A stretch of DNA of 64,000 bases from Nanobdellota archaeon. Its GTDB lineage: Archaea > Nanobdellota > Nanobdellia > Woesearchaeales > UBA11576. The number at the start of each line of letters is the position of its first letter. The stretch's first letter is position 1. The notes under the pieces were generated by a model. That model did no database searches. It was not told the DNA's origin and was given only the letters and a program-made list of their open reading frames with translations. Both the position numbers and the translations under genes were made by a program. The DNA lies in contig JBHPEY010000003.1 in NCBI GenBank assembly GCA_042576705.1, forward strand, positions 3,438 to 67,437, given 5' to 3'. Positions 30,424-40,348 of the stretch are shown one piece after another.

Positions 30424-30858
30424 CTATATCACCTGCCTGTTGTAGTATGCCCAGCAAAGACCAAAGATCACTGCCATGCCGAGTATTCCTGTTCCTGTCG
30501 CTTGTGAAACATCCCTGAACTGGACCCATCCATTTGAAGAGGCCCATCCTATTATCAGTATCCACCAAACAGAGATCAGGAATGCTTTGGATCCTGCAAG
30601 TGTCATCACTTTATTTGATCTTTCGTCATGGGCTGGAAATCCTTTCTTGACGTCTGTGTATCGCTTTTTCAAGAAAATAATGAGCGCCACTAATACAATC
30701 ACTCCGATGATCAACGCGACAGCTGATTCTGTTATCTGTCCTTTTCTGAAGACTGTTATCGCAAACAATACAAAGGTTGAGAAGAGCAATAAGGCTAAGA
30801 TCCCTACTGTGAGGATCTTTATCTTGTCCTGTTCTTTTGGATTATTTTTTGTTTTCAT
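30424..30858 (-). CDS. membrane protein (DUF2178-like paralogue)
   Basis: ORF track; 4 TM. Confidence 0.4.
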   Translation of the reverse strand: MKTKNNPKEQDKIKILTVGILALLLFSTFVLFAITVFRKGQITESAVALIIGVIVLVALIIFLKKRYTDVKKGFPAHDERSNKVMTLAGSKAFLISVWWILIIGWASSNGWVQFRDVSQATGTGILGMAVIFGLCWAYYNRQVI

Positions 30859-31017
30859 TTCTCTAACCCCCTTAGTTAGTTATTTATCATATTTTGTTAG
30901 GTATTTTTAACCTTATGTTAGATATATATAACATGGTTGTATATAAATGTTTTGGTTTATTGGGTGGTTTTGGGAGTTTGTGGTCGGAGATGTGTGGAGA
31001 AGTCGGTGAAGGGTACT

Positions 31018-31154
31018 ATGCGCCGACTGGGCGGCGACAACCTTTGGTTGTGAGCCCGGTAGCCGTATTACTCACTACGTTCGCAATGCGCCGACCGGGC
31101 GGCGACAACCTTTGGTTGTGAGCCTGGTAGCCGTATTACTCACTACGTTCGCAA
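31018..31154. repeat. two tandem 66-bp direct repeats, each starting with a copy of the 3'-terminal 13 nt of the adjacent tRNA-Gly
   Basis: tgcgccgac(t/c)gggcggcgacaacctttggttgtgagcc(c/t)ggtagccgtattactcactacgttcgcaa occurs twice, and the third tgcgccgaccggg is the tRNA itself. Confidence 0.75.
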
Positions 31155-31225
31155 TGCGCCGACCGGGAATTGAACCCGGGCCTAAGCGTTGGCAACGCCC
31201 AATTGTACCACTCAACCACCGGCGC
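31155..31225 (-). tRNA. tRNA-Gly(GCC)
   Basis: GCGCCGGUGGUUGAGUGGUACAAUUGGGCGUUGCCAACGCUUAGGCCCGGGUUCAAUUCCCGGUCGGCGCA. Confidence 0.75.
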
Positions 31226-31339
31226 GAATTAGACAACTGAAAAATCAGATGTTAATAAAGTTTATGATGGGAGACTGTGTCTCCCATACAAAGAAAACCT
31301 CGACTCGCAAGCTCATCGGGGTTTTCGAGCATGTGAAAA

Positions 31340-31379
31340 GGCATTTAGCCGACTTTGTCGGCGAAATGCCTTTCTCTCA
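31340..31379 (-). terminator. conserved 11-bp-stem hairpin immediately 3' of tRNA-Val; the same motif follows tRNA-Ala at 22466-22494
   Basis: atttagccgactttgtcggcgaaat versus atttagccgacttcgtcggcgaaat. Confidence 0.4.
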
Positions 31380-31452
31380 TGGGCCTGCCCGGACTCGAAC
31401 CGGGGATCAATGCCGTGTAAGGGCACTGTCATAGCCACTAGACCACAAGCCC
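31380..31452 (-). tRNA. tRNA-Val(UAC)
   Basis: GGGCUUGUGGUCUAGUGGCUAUGACAGUGCCCUUACACGGCAUUGAUCCCCGGUUCGAGUCCGGGCAGGCCCA. Confidence 0.8.
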
Positions 31453-31688
31453 AATATTGCTTTTTCTGGGGATTTGGCCTGCTTATAAACTTTACTTTCG
31501 CTCGAAAGTAAAGGGGAAGAGAGCTCTGCGAGCTCTCGACAGGTTATTGTTGGATGGTTTATCTTGTTTTTCTGGTGTTTTTGTCTCTTTTAAGTGGTTA
31601 CAAATCGAAAGATTTTTAAAGGGTAAATGGGCTCTAGGGCTTCATAGCCTAAATAACTTTAAATACAACTGAATTTTGTGATATAACA

Positions 31689-32711
31689 ATGCCTGAAGAA
31701 GAGATGCCGGAGAAGGAAGCTGTTTCTGAGCAGAGTGAGGTTTCTGAGACTGTTGAGGATGACTCTTCAGAGGTCTCTCCTGAGGTGGCTGCTGTTGCTG
31801 TAGGGCATCAGATAGACCCTAATAAGGAGCATCATGAGAATATCTATGACATCCTGATGAAGCAGGATGAGATCACCTGGCAGACCATCATCAAGGAGCT
31901 CATCAAGACTGATCAGATGGATCCGTGGGACATCAATGTGTCACGGTTGTCTGCCATGTTCATCAAGACACTTAAGAAATTGAAGGAGATGAACCTTCAT
32001 CTTTCCGGGAAGATATTGTTGGCAGCTGCTTTATTGCTGCGCATCAAATCATCTCGGCTTGTTGGAGCGGACATGATGGAGTTCGACCGGCTTTTGGCTT
32101 CTGGTGAGGATGATGATCTTTATTCTGATACGGACTTTGTCGAGGGGCAGTTGAATACATTTGGCATGACTCTTGGTCCTGAGCATCTTAAGTTGGTGCC
32201 TAAGACGCCGCAGCCTCGGAAGAGGAAGGTGTCTGTTTATGACTTGATTGATGCTCTTGCTATTGCCTTGAAGGTGAAGCGTCGGCGTGTGCTTAGTGAG
32301 ATACAGACAACTGCTATGGACATGCCTGAGAAGACGATTGACATCTCGTCTATGATGGATGATCTTTATTCTTGTGTCATTAATTATCTTTCTGAAGAGC
32401 AGGCTGAACGTGTTTCATTTTCTTACTTAGTGCCTGGTGAGACCAAGGCGCATAAGATACATACCTTTATTCCACTTCTGCATCTTACCAATGCGCGGAA
32501 GGTTGACCTTGACCAGAGGGAGCATTTTGGGGAGATATGGGTCAGTCTGAACAAGAAGCATCAGAAGAAGATTGAGGGTGATGATGAGGGTGAGGATTCT
32601 GAGGGTGATGATAAGGCTGAAGAGGAGAAGGTTGGGGATGTGAAGGTTGAGGAAGTTAAGCTTGCTGAGCCTGTTGTTGAGAGTTCTGATTCAGAGACTG
32701 TTTCTGGTTAA
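31689..32711 (+). CDS. scpA: segregation and condensation protein A (ScpA kleisin)-like, with acidic N- and C-terminal tails
   Basis: IYDILMKQDEITWQTIIKELIKTDQMDPWDINVSRLSAMFIKTLKKLKEMNL...LLAAALLLRIKSSRL matches the ScpA N-terminal domain. Confidence 0.65.
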   Translation: MPEEEMPEKEAVSEQSEVSETVEDDSSEVSPEVAAVAVGHQIDPNKEHHENIYDILMKQDEITWQTIIKELIKTDQMDPWDINVSRLSAMFIKTLKKLKEMNLHLSGKILLAAALLLRIKSSRLVGADMMEFDRLLASGEDDDLYSDTDFVEGQLNTFGMTLGPEHLKLVPKTPQPRKRKVSVYDLIDALAIALKVKRRRVLSEIQTTAMDMPEKTIDISSMMDDLYSCVINYLSEEQAERVSFSYLVPGETKAHKIHTFIPLLHLTNARKVDLDQREHFGEIWVSLNKKHQKKIEGDDEGEDSEGDDKAEEEKVGDVKVEEVKLAEPVVESSDSETVSG

Positions 32712-32726
32712 GTGATTTCTTCTTGT

Positions 32727-32918
32727 GGAGCAAATCCGACACACTACTCCGCTTTTGCTTCACTGCGTTACGCAAAAGCTCCGTCAGCCGCCAGGCTCCG
32801 CGCTGTTCTTCTTTTCCTTATGATGCCGCACCCCCGTAGGGGGCGTCCCCCCGCGGCATCCATACCATTCACTTATAGGCGCTACGCGAAGGGCGGCTAC
32901 GGTGTCGGATCTGCTCCT
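32727..32918. repeat. TIR-bounded palindromic intergenic element, copy C (192 bp)
   Basis: TIR ggagcaaatccgacac / gtgtcggatctgctcc with one mismatch. Internal motifs homologous to copy B, with compensatory substitutions. Confidence 0.6.
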
Positions 32919-33008
32919 GGAGCTATTTCTGGAGTTAGTATTATTAGTGATGTAATGGTGGTTTCTTCTTCATAAGCTTTATATACTACTAATCCTCTGT
33001 TTTAAGGC

Positions 33009-35129
33009 ATGGCAAAGAAAGAGGGTAGAAAGAGTGCTAGAAGGGGTGCTCGAAAGAGTGTTCAGAAGAGTTCTGGAAAAGCTAAAGTGGTTGCTCGTTC
33101 TCAGAAAGCTGAAGCTTCTGCTATGTCGCATGCCCGAGTTGTTGAGCCTGATCCTGAGGTCAAGAGGAAACGGGAGGCTGAGAAGAAGGCTGCTGCTAAG
33201 TTGGCTAAGGATGAGGCTGCTGGTAAGAAGCCTGTGATGAAGGGGTCGCCCAGTACAATGTTCTCTAAGCTCAAGGATACCGGCGAGATAGATGTGTCCA
33301 AGAGGATAGTCGATCAGGTCATTGGCCAAGAGGCAGGTGTCAATCTCATCCGCAAGGCGGCGCTTCAGAGACGGCACGTGTTTTTGATCGGTGAGCCTGG
33401 GACAGGTAAGTCCATGCTTGGCCTTGCGTTGGCAGAGCTGTTGCCTAAGGAGAAGCTGCAGGATATCATATCTTTTCCTAATCCTAATGATGAGAACCAG
33501 CCAGTGATCAGGACAGTGACTGGTGGAGAAGGCCGCGAGCTTGTGAGCAAGGCACGTGTCGATTCCATGTCCATGTTCAAGAACCAGAATATATTCCTTT
33601 TCATACTCGCGATTGTCGCGATGATCGCTCCATGGTGGGTGCGGTCATACTATAAATCAGACATCATGTTCGCGGCGTTCTTCCTTGGAGGGATGATGTT
33701 CCTTGCGGCGTTTGTCATCTTCATCAATCTCGGACGAAGAGGACAGATGGGCAAGGACGGCGGAGCGCCGAAAGTGATAGTTGACAACTTCAAGAAAGAG
33801 CAGGCCGCATTCCTGGATGCTACAGGTGCGCATGCAGGCGCGCTTCTTGGTGATGTACTGCACGACCCGTTCCAGAGCGGTGGGTTGGGGACACCGGCGC
33901 ACGAAAGAGTTGTCGCTGGAATGATACACAAGGCCAACAAAGGAGTGCTGTTCATCGATGAGATAGCTACACTGCAGCCGCATACCCAGCAGGAATTGCT
34001 GTCGGCTCTGCAGGAGCGCAAGTATTCTATTACAGGGCAGTCTGAGAGGAGCGCTGGTGCGATGGTGCGTACTGAGCCAGTGCCGTGTGATTTCATCCTT
34101 GTCGCTGCAGGGAATCTTGAGACGGTCAAGAAGATGCATCCTGCATTGCGCTCGAGGATACGAGGTTATGGTTATGAGGTATACATGAATGAGACCATGC
34201 CAGACACTGCAGAGAACCGCTGGAAGATTGCATTGTTTGTCGCGCAGGAGGTCATCAAGGACCAGAAGATACCGCATTTCTCAAAAGAGGCAGTCGAGGA
34301 GATAATCGAGGAAGGCAAGAGACGGGCGAACCGGAAGAAGCATCTCACACTCCGACTCAGGGATCTCGGCGGACTCATACGCGCTGCAGGAGACCTTGCG
34401 ATAGAGAAGAAATCAAAGATTGTCGAACGCGAGCACGTAATCGGCGCGAAGAAGATTGCCAGATCTCTCGAACAGCAGATAGCAGACAAGTTCATAGACC
34501 GGAAGAAGGAATACGAGGTCATCATCACAGAAGGAAGGCTGGTCGGCAGGGTCAACGGGCTCGCGGTGATAGGTGGCGAGGCATCATACTCAGGGATTAT
34601 ACTGCCTATCGAAGCACAGGTCACACCGGGCGGAAAAGAGAAGGAGTTCGTTGCTACAGGAAAGCTCGGTGAGATTGCCAAGGAAGCAGTGAAGAATGTC
34701 TCTGCGATAATAAAGAAATACTTTGGCGAGGACATCAAGGCGTATGATGTGTATGTCCAGTTCCTGCAGACCTATGAAGGTGTGGAAGGAGACTCTGCAT
34801 CCATCGCAGTAGCTACATCCATAATATCCGCGCTCAAGAAGATCCCTGTGAAGCAGGATACTGCAATGACAGGCTCGTTGTCTGTGCGTGGTGAAGTATT
34901 ACCTGTCGGGGGAGTATCTGCGAAGGTCGAGGCGGCTATTGAAGCAGGGGTCAAACAAGTGATAGTCCCAAAATCTAATCTTCAGGATATTGTCATCTCA
35001 AAAGACAAGCTGGGTAAGATAAAGATTATCCCTGTGGAGACAATCTCGCAGGTGCTCAAGGAAGCGCTTGACTTCAAAGGCAAACAAAGCCTACTCAAGA
35101 CAATCAAGAATATCAACGGCAATGATTAA
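33009..35129 (+). CDS. lonB: archaeal membrane-bound Lon protease (LonB) with about 95-aa Lys/Ala-rich N-terminal extension
   Basis: Walker [11 protein letters not shown] insertion, and proteolytic domain with DSASIAVA Ser and a Lys dyad. Confidence 0.9.
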   Translation: MAKKEGRKSARRGARKSVQKSSGKAKVVARSQKAEASAMSHARVVEPDPEVKRKREAEKKAAAKLAKDEAAGKKPVMKGSPSTMFSKLKDTGEIDVSKRIVDQVIGQEAGVNLIRKAALQRRHVFLIGEPGTGKSMLGLALAELLPKEKLQDIISFPNPNDENQPVIRTVTGGEGRELVSKARVDSMSMFKNQNIFLFILAIVAMIAPWWVRSYYKSDIMFAAFFLGGMMFLAAFVIFINLGRRGQMGKDGGAPKVIVDNFKKEQAAFLDATGAHAGALLGDVLHDPFQSGGLGTPAHERVVAGMIHKANKGVLFIDEIATLQPHTQQELLSALQERKYSITGQSERSAGAMVRTEPVPCDFILVAAGNLETVKKMHPALRSRIRGYGYEVYMNETMPDTAENRWKIALFVAQEVIKDQKIPHFSKEAVEEIIEEGKRRANRKKHLTLRLRDLGGLIRAAGDLAIEKKSKIVEREHVIGAKKIARSLEQQIADKFIDRKKEYEVIITEGRLVGRVNGLAVIGGEASYSGIILPIEAQVTPGGKEKEFVATGKLGEIAKEAVKNVSAIIKKYFGEDIKAYDVYVQFLQTYEGVEGDSASIAVATSIISALKKIPVKQDTAMTGSLSVRGEVLPVGGVSAKVEAAIEAGVKQVIVPKSNLQDIVISKDKLGKIKIIPVETISQVLKEALDFKGKQSLLKTIKNINGND

Positions 35130-35316
35130 GTCATGACTATTTCTTGCCGGTTCGATTTAAACATAGTTGGCTTGTTCTGTTTTCCTTTATGGTATATACA
35201 ATATATGCCTGGATTTTTTGGCTGTTTATCTCGTCACTGTTGTTGTTCGGTGACCAATGGTGATAGAGGTCAGGCGTTTCAAAAAATTTATATATGAATA
35301 AATCAACTCTATACTC

Positions 35317-35535
35317 ATGCCGCCGAAAAAAAAGAAGGTGAAACGAGCAAAGGCAACAGAGGAAGCGACTGGTCAGAGGGAATCCAAAAGACGGAAGGAC
35401 TGTCCTGACTGCGGGAGTGTCAACATACTCTTTGACGCAGACACAGAGCAGATCATATGCCATGATTGCGGACTCATGTTCGAGGAGATTCCGCCAGAAT
35501 TTGCAAAACGGTATGATGAGATAGAATTCCTTTAG
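35317..35535 (+). CDS. small basic zinc-ribbon protein (TFIIB-type ribbon)
   Basis: CPDCGS...ICHDCGL; Lys-rich N-terminus. Confidence 0.4.
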   Translation: MPPKKKKVKRAKATEEATGQRESKRRKDCPDCGSVNILFDADTEQIICHDCGLMFEEIPPEFAKRYDEIEFL

Positions 35536-35537
35536 TT

Positions 35538-36524
35538 TTACCAGAATACCTCGATGTCATCTGTCCTTAGATACGGCTTGATATCTGCTTCTTCGATCTT
35601 CATCCTCTTTCCTGCGTTGTACTCAAGCAGGCCAAGCCATGCTATCATCAGGCCGTTGTCTACATTGACATCTGTGGGGAGAGAATAAGATATTGCGCCG
35701 CGTTCCTTGCACATGATGTCGCACATCTCCTGCAGTCTTTTTGAGGATGCAACGCCTCCGCCCAGGAGGAGCTCTTCTTTCCCGCAGTGCGCCATTGCGC
35801 GCTCGCTGACCTCGACAAGCATGGCGAATGCTGTCTCCTGGAGGGAGTATGCGAGGTCCTCTTTTGAGAATTGTTTTGAGTCGAATTTCTGTTTGAGGTT
35901 AGTGAGGAGTCCGCCGAAGGATACGTCCATGCCTTTGACTACGTATGGGAGTTCTATGAGTTGCTTTGCGTTCAAGGAGAGCTGGTATAGTTTTGGTCCT
36001 CCGGGAAATCCTAGGCCCATATGCCTTGCGAATGCATCGATGAAATTGCCTATTCCGCAGTCAAGGGTCTCTCCGAATATGCGGTACTTGCCACCGTCGT
36101 ATGCGATTATCTGGGTGTTGGCGCCGGATGCGTAGAGAAATACCGGATCCTTTGCATCGCTGAGGAGCTTTCCGATCTCCAGGTGTGCTATGCAGTGGTT
36201 GACTCCGATTATCGGTTTGTCGTAAGTGGCTGCTATGCTCCTTGCGAGCATCGCGCCGATCCTCAGGCAGTTTCCTATGCCTGGGCTCTGGGAGTAGGTG
36301 ACCAGGTCTATCTTGTCTAGTGTTGTTCCTGCTTTGGTGAGGGCTTTGGTGAGAACGTCCTTGAAGCAGTGTGCGTGATGTTCAGCGACCTCTGCTGGGA
36401 TCATGCCGCCTTCACCTTCTTTTGTGGTGAAGACCTCTCGCTCGTTTGCCAGGATATTGCCATCTGAGTCTATCAATCCTATGCCGAATGTGTGGGCTGT
36501 TGATTCGATTCCCAGGGATATCAT
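35538..36524 (-). CDS. kae1: tRNA N6-threonylcarbamoyladenosine synthase Kae1 (KEOPS catalytic subunit)
   Basis: MISLGIESTAHTFGIGLID...; ASKH-fold and metal-binding His motifs. Confidence 0.9.
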   Translation of the reverse strand: MISLGIESTAHTFGIGLIDSDGNILANEREVFTTKEGEGGMIPAEVAEHHAHCFKDVLTKALTKAGTTLDKIDLVTYSQSPGIGNCLRIGAMLARSIAATYDKPIIGVNHCIAHLEIGKLLSDAKDPVFLYASGANTQIIAYDGGKYRIFGETLDCGIGNFIDAFARHMGLGFPGGPKLYQLSLNAKQLIELPYVVKGMDVSFGGLLTNLKQKFDSKQFSKEDLAYSLQETAFAMLVEVSERAMAHCGKEELLLGGGVASSKRLQEMCDIMCKERGAISYSLPTDVNVDNGLMIAWLGLLEYNAGKRMKIEEADIKPYLRTDDIEVFW

Positions 36525-36691
36525 CTTATTGACTGTGTAGAAAGGCCCGCCCCCGCCTTGAAACCGCTTGGGCCCGCCCCTATCAAATCATGCGCACAAT
36601 TGAAATGTCTATTTGTGCGGATTTAAAGGGAATTAGGAAAAACATATAAATGTTGTCAAGAATAATATACATGAGCTTGTGTTGAGAAACG

Positions 36692-38638
36692 ATGGCATTT
36701 GAGTCTAAACCTATCACTTTCGAGGAATTCATCGATCAAGTTAAAGAGCACAATCCTAATGCTAATTTCAAGCTCATAGAGAAGGCATACAGGTTTGCTG
36801 AGCAGGCTCATAAAGGGCAGAAGAGGAGTTCTGGAGAGGCGTTCTTTGTGCACCCGCTTGAGGTAGGGCGCATACTAATCCATCTCAAGGCAGACAGTGC
36901 CACGATCTGCGCAGCACTATTGCACGACACAGTAGAGGATACAAGCACGTCAACAAAGACTGTGCGGGATGAGTTCGGCAAGGAGATAGCAGGCCTTGTA
37001 TCAGGCATGACCAAGATAACCGGCAAAAAATACGAATCAAAGGAGGATTACAAGGCAGAGAACCTGCGGAAGATACTGCTGGCAACTACCAAGGACATCA
37101 GGGTCATCCTCATCCGGCTCGCGGACAGGCTGCACAACATGAGGACGCTCGCGACATTCCGCTCAGACAAGCGGAAGAGGATAGCGCATGAGACCCTTGA
37201 GATATATGCGCCTATCGCGCACAAGCTTGGCATGTGGCGGCTGAAAGGTGAGCTGGAGGATCTGTCATTTAGGTATCTTGATTATGATACCTATGTCCGG
37301 CTTAAGGAGAGCATTGCAGAGAAACGGGTGCAGCGAGAGCAGGCCACTTCAAAGATAGTCAGCATGATCAGGGAGTCACTCCAGGAAAAGAACATAGAAT
37401 CGGATGTGTTCGGCAGGGCGAAATACTTCTACTCAATCTACAAGAAGATGAAGAAGAAGCAGAGGGACTTTGACCAGATATACGACCTGATCGCCATCAG
37501 GATAATAGTCAACACCATCCCTGAATGCTATAAATCACTCGAGATCATACACACGCTTTTCGAGCCGCAGCTGGAACGGTTCAAGGACTACATCCAGCAC
37601 TCTAAAGCGAACGGCTACCAGTCTATACACACTTCTGTAATATATGGACGGAAGATCATAGAGGTGCAGATCAGGACGCACGCGATGCACGCCATTGCAG
37701 AGGCAGGGATAGCGGCGCACTGGAAATACAAAGGAACAGAGAAGGACAAGGCATTCGACAGGAAGATCATGTGGCTCAAGCAGATACTTGAATGGCTGAA
37801 CAAGTCAAAGAATGCGCGGGATTTTGTGGAGACATTGAAGATAGACCTTTTCGAGAATGAGATCATCGTGCTGACTCCCAAGGGTGACCCGATATCGCTG
37901 CCAGAAGGGGCGACACCTGTCGACTTCGCATATGCTGTGCATACAGGCGTAGGCAACCACTGCTCCAAGGCAAAGGTCAATGACAGGATAGAGCCGTTGG
38001 ATCATCCGCTCAACAGCGGGGATGTCGTCGAGATAATGACAAGCAACAATGCGAAGCCTTCACGGGGATGGCTGAATTTCGCTGTCACTTCAAAGGCAAA
38101 GAGCAAGATCCGTTCATTCCTGGGTATAGAGTTTGATCACAAGCCGCGGGAAGCGGCTGCTTCTTCTGATTACGATAAGATAAAGCCGCACCTTGACAGG
38201 TTCATAAAGATACTCGGCAAGAAAGCGCCGCTCAAGCTGTCGAAGTGCTGCCAGCCAGGTTTCAATGACAGCATCATCGGGCTCAACACAAAAGACGGCA
38301 AGATAACCATCCACAAGAGTGACTGCATCAATGTACATAGTGTCGATGAATCTAAGCAGGTCAAGCTTGAGTGGGTGAAGCCTGAAGACAGCAATGTCCG
38401 TAAGCTTAAGGTCTATGTGACTGAGAGGCCGGGTGTGCTTGCGGATCTTCTTAACCTTATGGCTGTAGAGAAGGTATCTGTTAAATCTGTGAATACAAGG
38501 GTCCGGAAGAAGAAGATAATGCTTACGTTTAAGATAGAGGTGGATGAGGATGAAGAGCTTGAGCGAATTGTTGACAAGCTTAACGCGTTGCGGGACGTGA
38601 GTAATGTCAAGGTGGATGAGCAGGGGATAGGGGTTTGA
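36692..38638 (+). CDS. long RelA/SpoT homologue (HD hydrolase + (p)ppGpp synthetase + TGS + ACT domains)
   Basis: HD motif (HDTVEDT), synthetase motif (YQSIHTSV...EVQIRT), TGS domain (LTPKGDPISLPEGATPVDFAY) and C-terminal ACT. Confidence 0.85.
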   Translation: MAFESKPITFEEFIDQVKEHNPNANFKLIEKAYRFAEQAHKGQKRSSGEAFFVHPLEVGRILIHLKADSATICAALLHDTVEDTSTSTKTVRDEFGKEIAGLVSGMTKITGKKYESKEDYKAENLRKILLATTKDIRVILIRLADRLHNMRTLATFRSDKRKRIAHETLEIYAPIAHKLGMWRLKGELEDLSFRYLDYDTYVRLKESIAEKRVQREQATSKIVSMIRESLQEKNIESDVFGRAKYFYSIYKKMKKKQRDFDQIYDLIAIRIIVNTIPECYKSLEIIHTLFEPQLERFKDYIQHSKANGYQSIHTSVIYGRKIIEVQIRTHAMHAIAEAGIAAHWKYKGTEKDKAFDRKIMWLKQILEWLNKSKNARDFVETLKIDLFENEIIVLTPKGDPISLPEGATPVDFAYAVHTGVGNHCSKAKVNDRIEPLDHPLNSGDVVEIMTSNNAKPSRGWLNFAVTSKAKSKIRSFLGIEFDHKPREAAASSDYDKIKPHLDRFIKILGKKAPLKLSKCCQPGFNDSIIGLNTKDGKITIHKSDCINVHSVDESKQVKLEWVKPEDSNVRKLKVYVTERPGVLADLLNLMAVEKVSVKSVNTRVRKKKIMLTFKIEVDEDEELERIVDKLNALRDVSNVKVDEQGIGV

Positions 38639-39056
38639 TTGAGTTGAAGGGCTTTTTCTTTGCTGCCTGCTCTGCTGAGACCACGATGTCTGATTCTGAA
38701 ACTGTCTGGCTATCGTTCTGGCCGAAGGCCTTCTCTTTTGATATCGTTTCTTTTACCTGAAGCGCAGCGCGCACATATCAGAATTCCTGAAGCGCGCGAA
38801 GAAACTACTTCAGCGCCTTTCTGTGAGGGGGTCGCCGTAGCAACACTTAGGGCAAATCCTATGATGATGCCGCGCTCTGCAAGCACGGCATACGGATTTG
38901 CTACTATTCTAGTTTCGCCGTTTCCCACCCGCCTCCCCTAAGGTGGCGACTCCCTCTATGGTGGAAGGGCGAAAAATATCCCTGCCTGTGTAATGTGTTT
39001 ATAAGTTAGATTTGCTGCTGGAAATCATTTTTTTCTTCGTAAGGTTTAAATATTAC

Positions 39057-39407
39057 ATGACATTTTCTCTGCTTATGGATGTCATACGAGACCCTCAGGA
39101 AAAGGAAATCAAGGTTTCTGCAAAGAGTGCGCTTATTGGACGTATGCCGCGCAGGGAAGGGGATAAGTTCAAGACATTTGTTGTCAGGCTTTTTGATGTC
39201 AACAATCCGCACAAGACTACAGAGTTCCCTATCAAGACCTATGAGTTCACGAATACAGAGAAGGTCCGGATAAGGCAGCTGAATATATCATACTATCTTG
39301 AAGGCAATGACGTTGTCATAAACGACCTTGACGAGCTCTTGATTGTGCATGAGGGGACACAGCTTGTGCTCAAGGGCTACCAGAAGGAAATCGAGAAGAG
39401 GGCATAA
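39057..39407 (+). CDS. hypothetical small protein
   Basis: ORF track; probable start MTFSLLMDVIRDPQ. Confidence 0.3.
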   Translation: MTFSLLMDVIRDPQEKEIKVSAKSALIGRMPRREGDKFKTFVVRLFDVNNPHKTTEFPIKTYEFTNTEKVRIRQLNISYYLEGNDVVINDLDELLIVHEGTQLVLKGYQKEIEKRA

Positions 39408-39460
39408 GGCTTTTTCTTTCTATACAAACATATTTAAACGATAGCCAGTTCTGTCAAGCT

Positions 39461-40162
39461 ATGCATGTACTGAAAACCGGTTTTAATGGTAACCCCAATG
39501 TCGGGCTCTATGGGTACTGTAATGACTCATACTGCCTGCTCGGCAAGGACGTGCCTGAGAAGACTGCGAAGCAGGTGGAAAAGGTGCTGGGAGTGCCGGT
39601 GCACCAGATGACGATGTGCGGCACTTCACTTCTGGGAGTTTTCCTTGCAGGCAACAGCGACATGCTGCTTGTGCCTGAGATAGCTTTTGATTACGAGCTC
39701 AAGAATCTTGACAGGCTGAAGATGAATTATGAGGTGGTGAAGACGCGGCTGACTGCGTTGGGCAACAACCTCCTCTGTAATGATGTAGGGTGCCTCGCGA
39801 ACCCCGAGTTCTCAGCAGACCAGAAGAAAAGGATCAGGCAGGCATTGGGTGTCAAGCTCAAGCCGGGTACGATCGCTGACCTGGATACGGTCGGTAGCCT
39901 CGGAGTGTTGAACAGCGCGGGCTGTATGGTACATCGCGATATAACGAGGGCAGAGACCACATATGTCGAGGAGCTGCTTGCCACAAGGGTAGTGCCATCG
40001 ACAGTCAACATGGGCTCGCCATACATACGCAGCGGGCTGCTTTGCAATAATCATGGTTTTGTGATCGGTGACCATAGCGGCGGGCCGGAGATGATAAATG
40101 TTGAGGAGGAGCTCGGGTTCCTCGAGAGAATGCGTGCTTCAAAGAAAAAAGCAAAAAGGTGA
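39461..40162 (+). CDS. eif6: translation initiation factor 6 (aIF6)
   Basis: GNPNVGLYG...TALGNN...; pentameric repeat pattern. Confidence 0.85.
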   Translation: MHVLKTGFNGNPNVGLYGYCNDSYCLLGKDVPEKTAKQVEKVLGVPVHQMTMCGTSLLGVFLAGNSDMLLVPEIAFDYELKNLDRLKMNYEVVKTRLTALGNNLLCNDVGCLANPEFSADQKKRIRQALGVKLKPGTIADLDTVGSLGVLNSAGCMVHRDITRAETTYVEELLATRVVPSTVNMGSPYIRSGLLCNNHGFVIGDHSGGPEMINVEEELGFLERMRASKKKAKR

Positions 40163-40163
40163 T

Positions 40164-40334
40164 ATGATGAGCTTCACAGAAGATGAGAAGAAACTACTCA
40201 AGCTCCTTGTGCAAAAAGAACTGGAGTCTGTGGACTCCGAGGGTAAGACCGTCCTCATTGAGGACAATCCTGGCTTTCTGGCGCTTGAGGAGAGGTATAC
40301 AGGGTTTTTAGAAAACTTATTAAAGAAACTCTGA
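40164..40334 (+). CDS. small acidic hypothetical protein between aIF6 and prefoldin
   Basis: ATG one nucleotide after the aIF6 stop codon; reads MMSFTEDEKKLLKLLVQKELE... Confidence 0.3.
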   Translation: MMSFTEDEKKLLKLLVQKELESVDSEGKTVLIEDNPGFLALEERYTGFLENLLKKL

Positions 40335-40348
40335 ACCAACTGGATAAA

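Noticed and set aside
31018-31154. Possible CRISPR array (regularly spaced repeats next to a tRNA)
   Set aside because: There are only two units, and the whole 66-bp unit including the 'spacer' part is identical between copies. No variable spacers and no cas genes nearby. It is interpreted instead as tandem duplication of the tRNA 3' end.
38640-39056. C/D-box sRNA or other ncRNA in the relA-downstream spacer (TATGATGATG and terminal stem gcaaatcc/ggatttgc)
   Set aside because: No D box (CTGA) lies in the right position. The segment resembles a degenerate copy of the palindromic element family instead (shared aaatcc TIR core and atgatgccgc motif).
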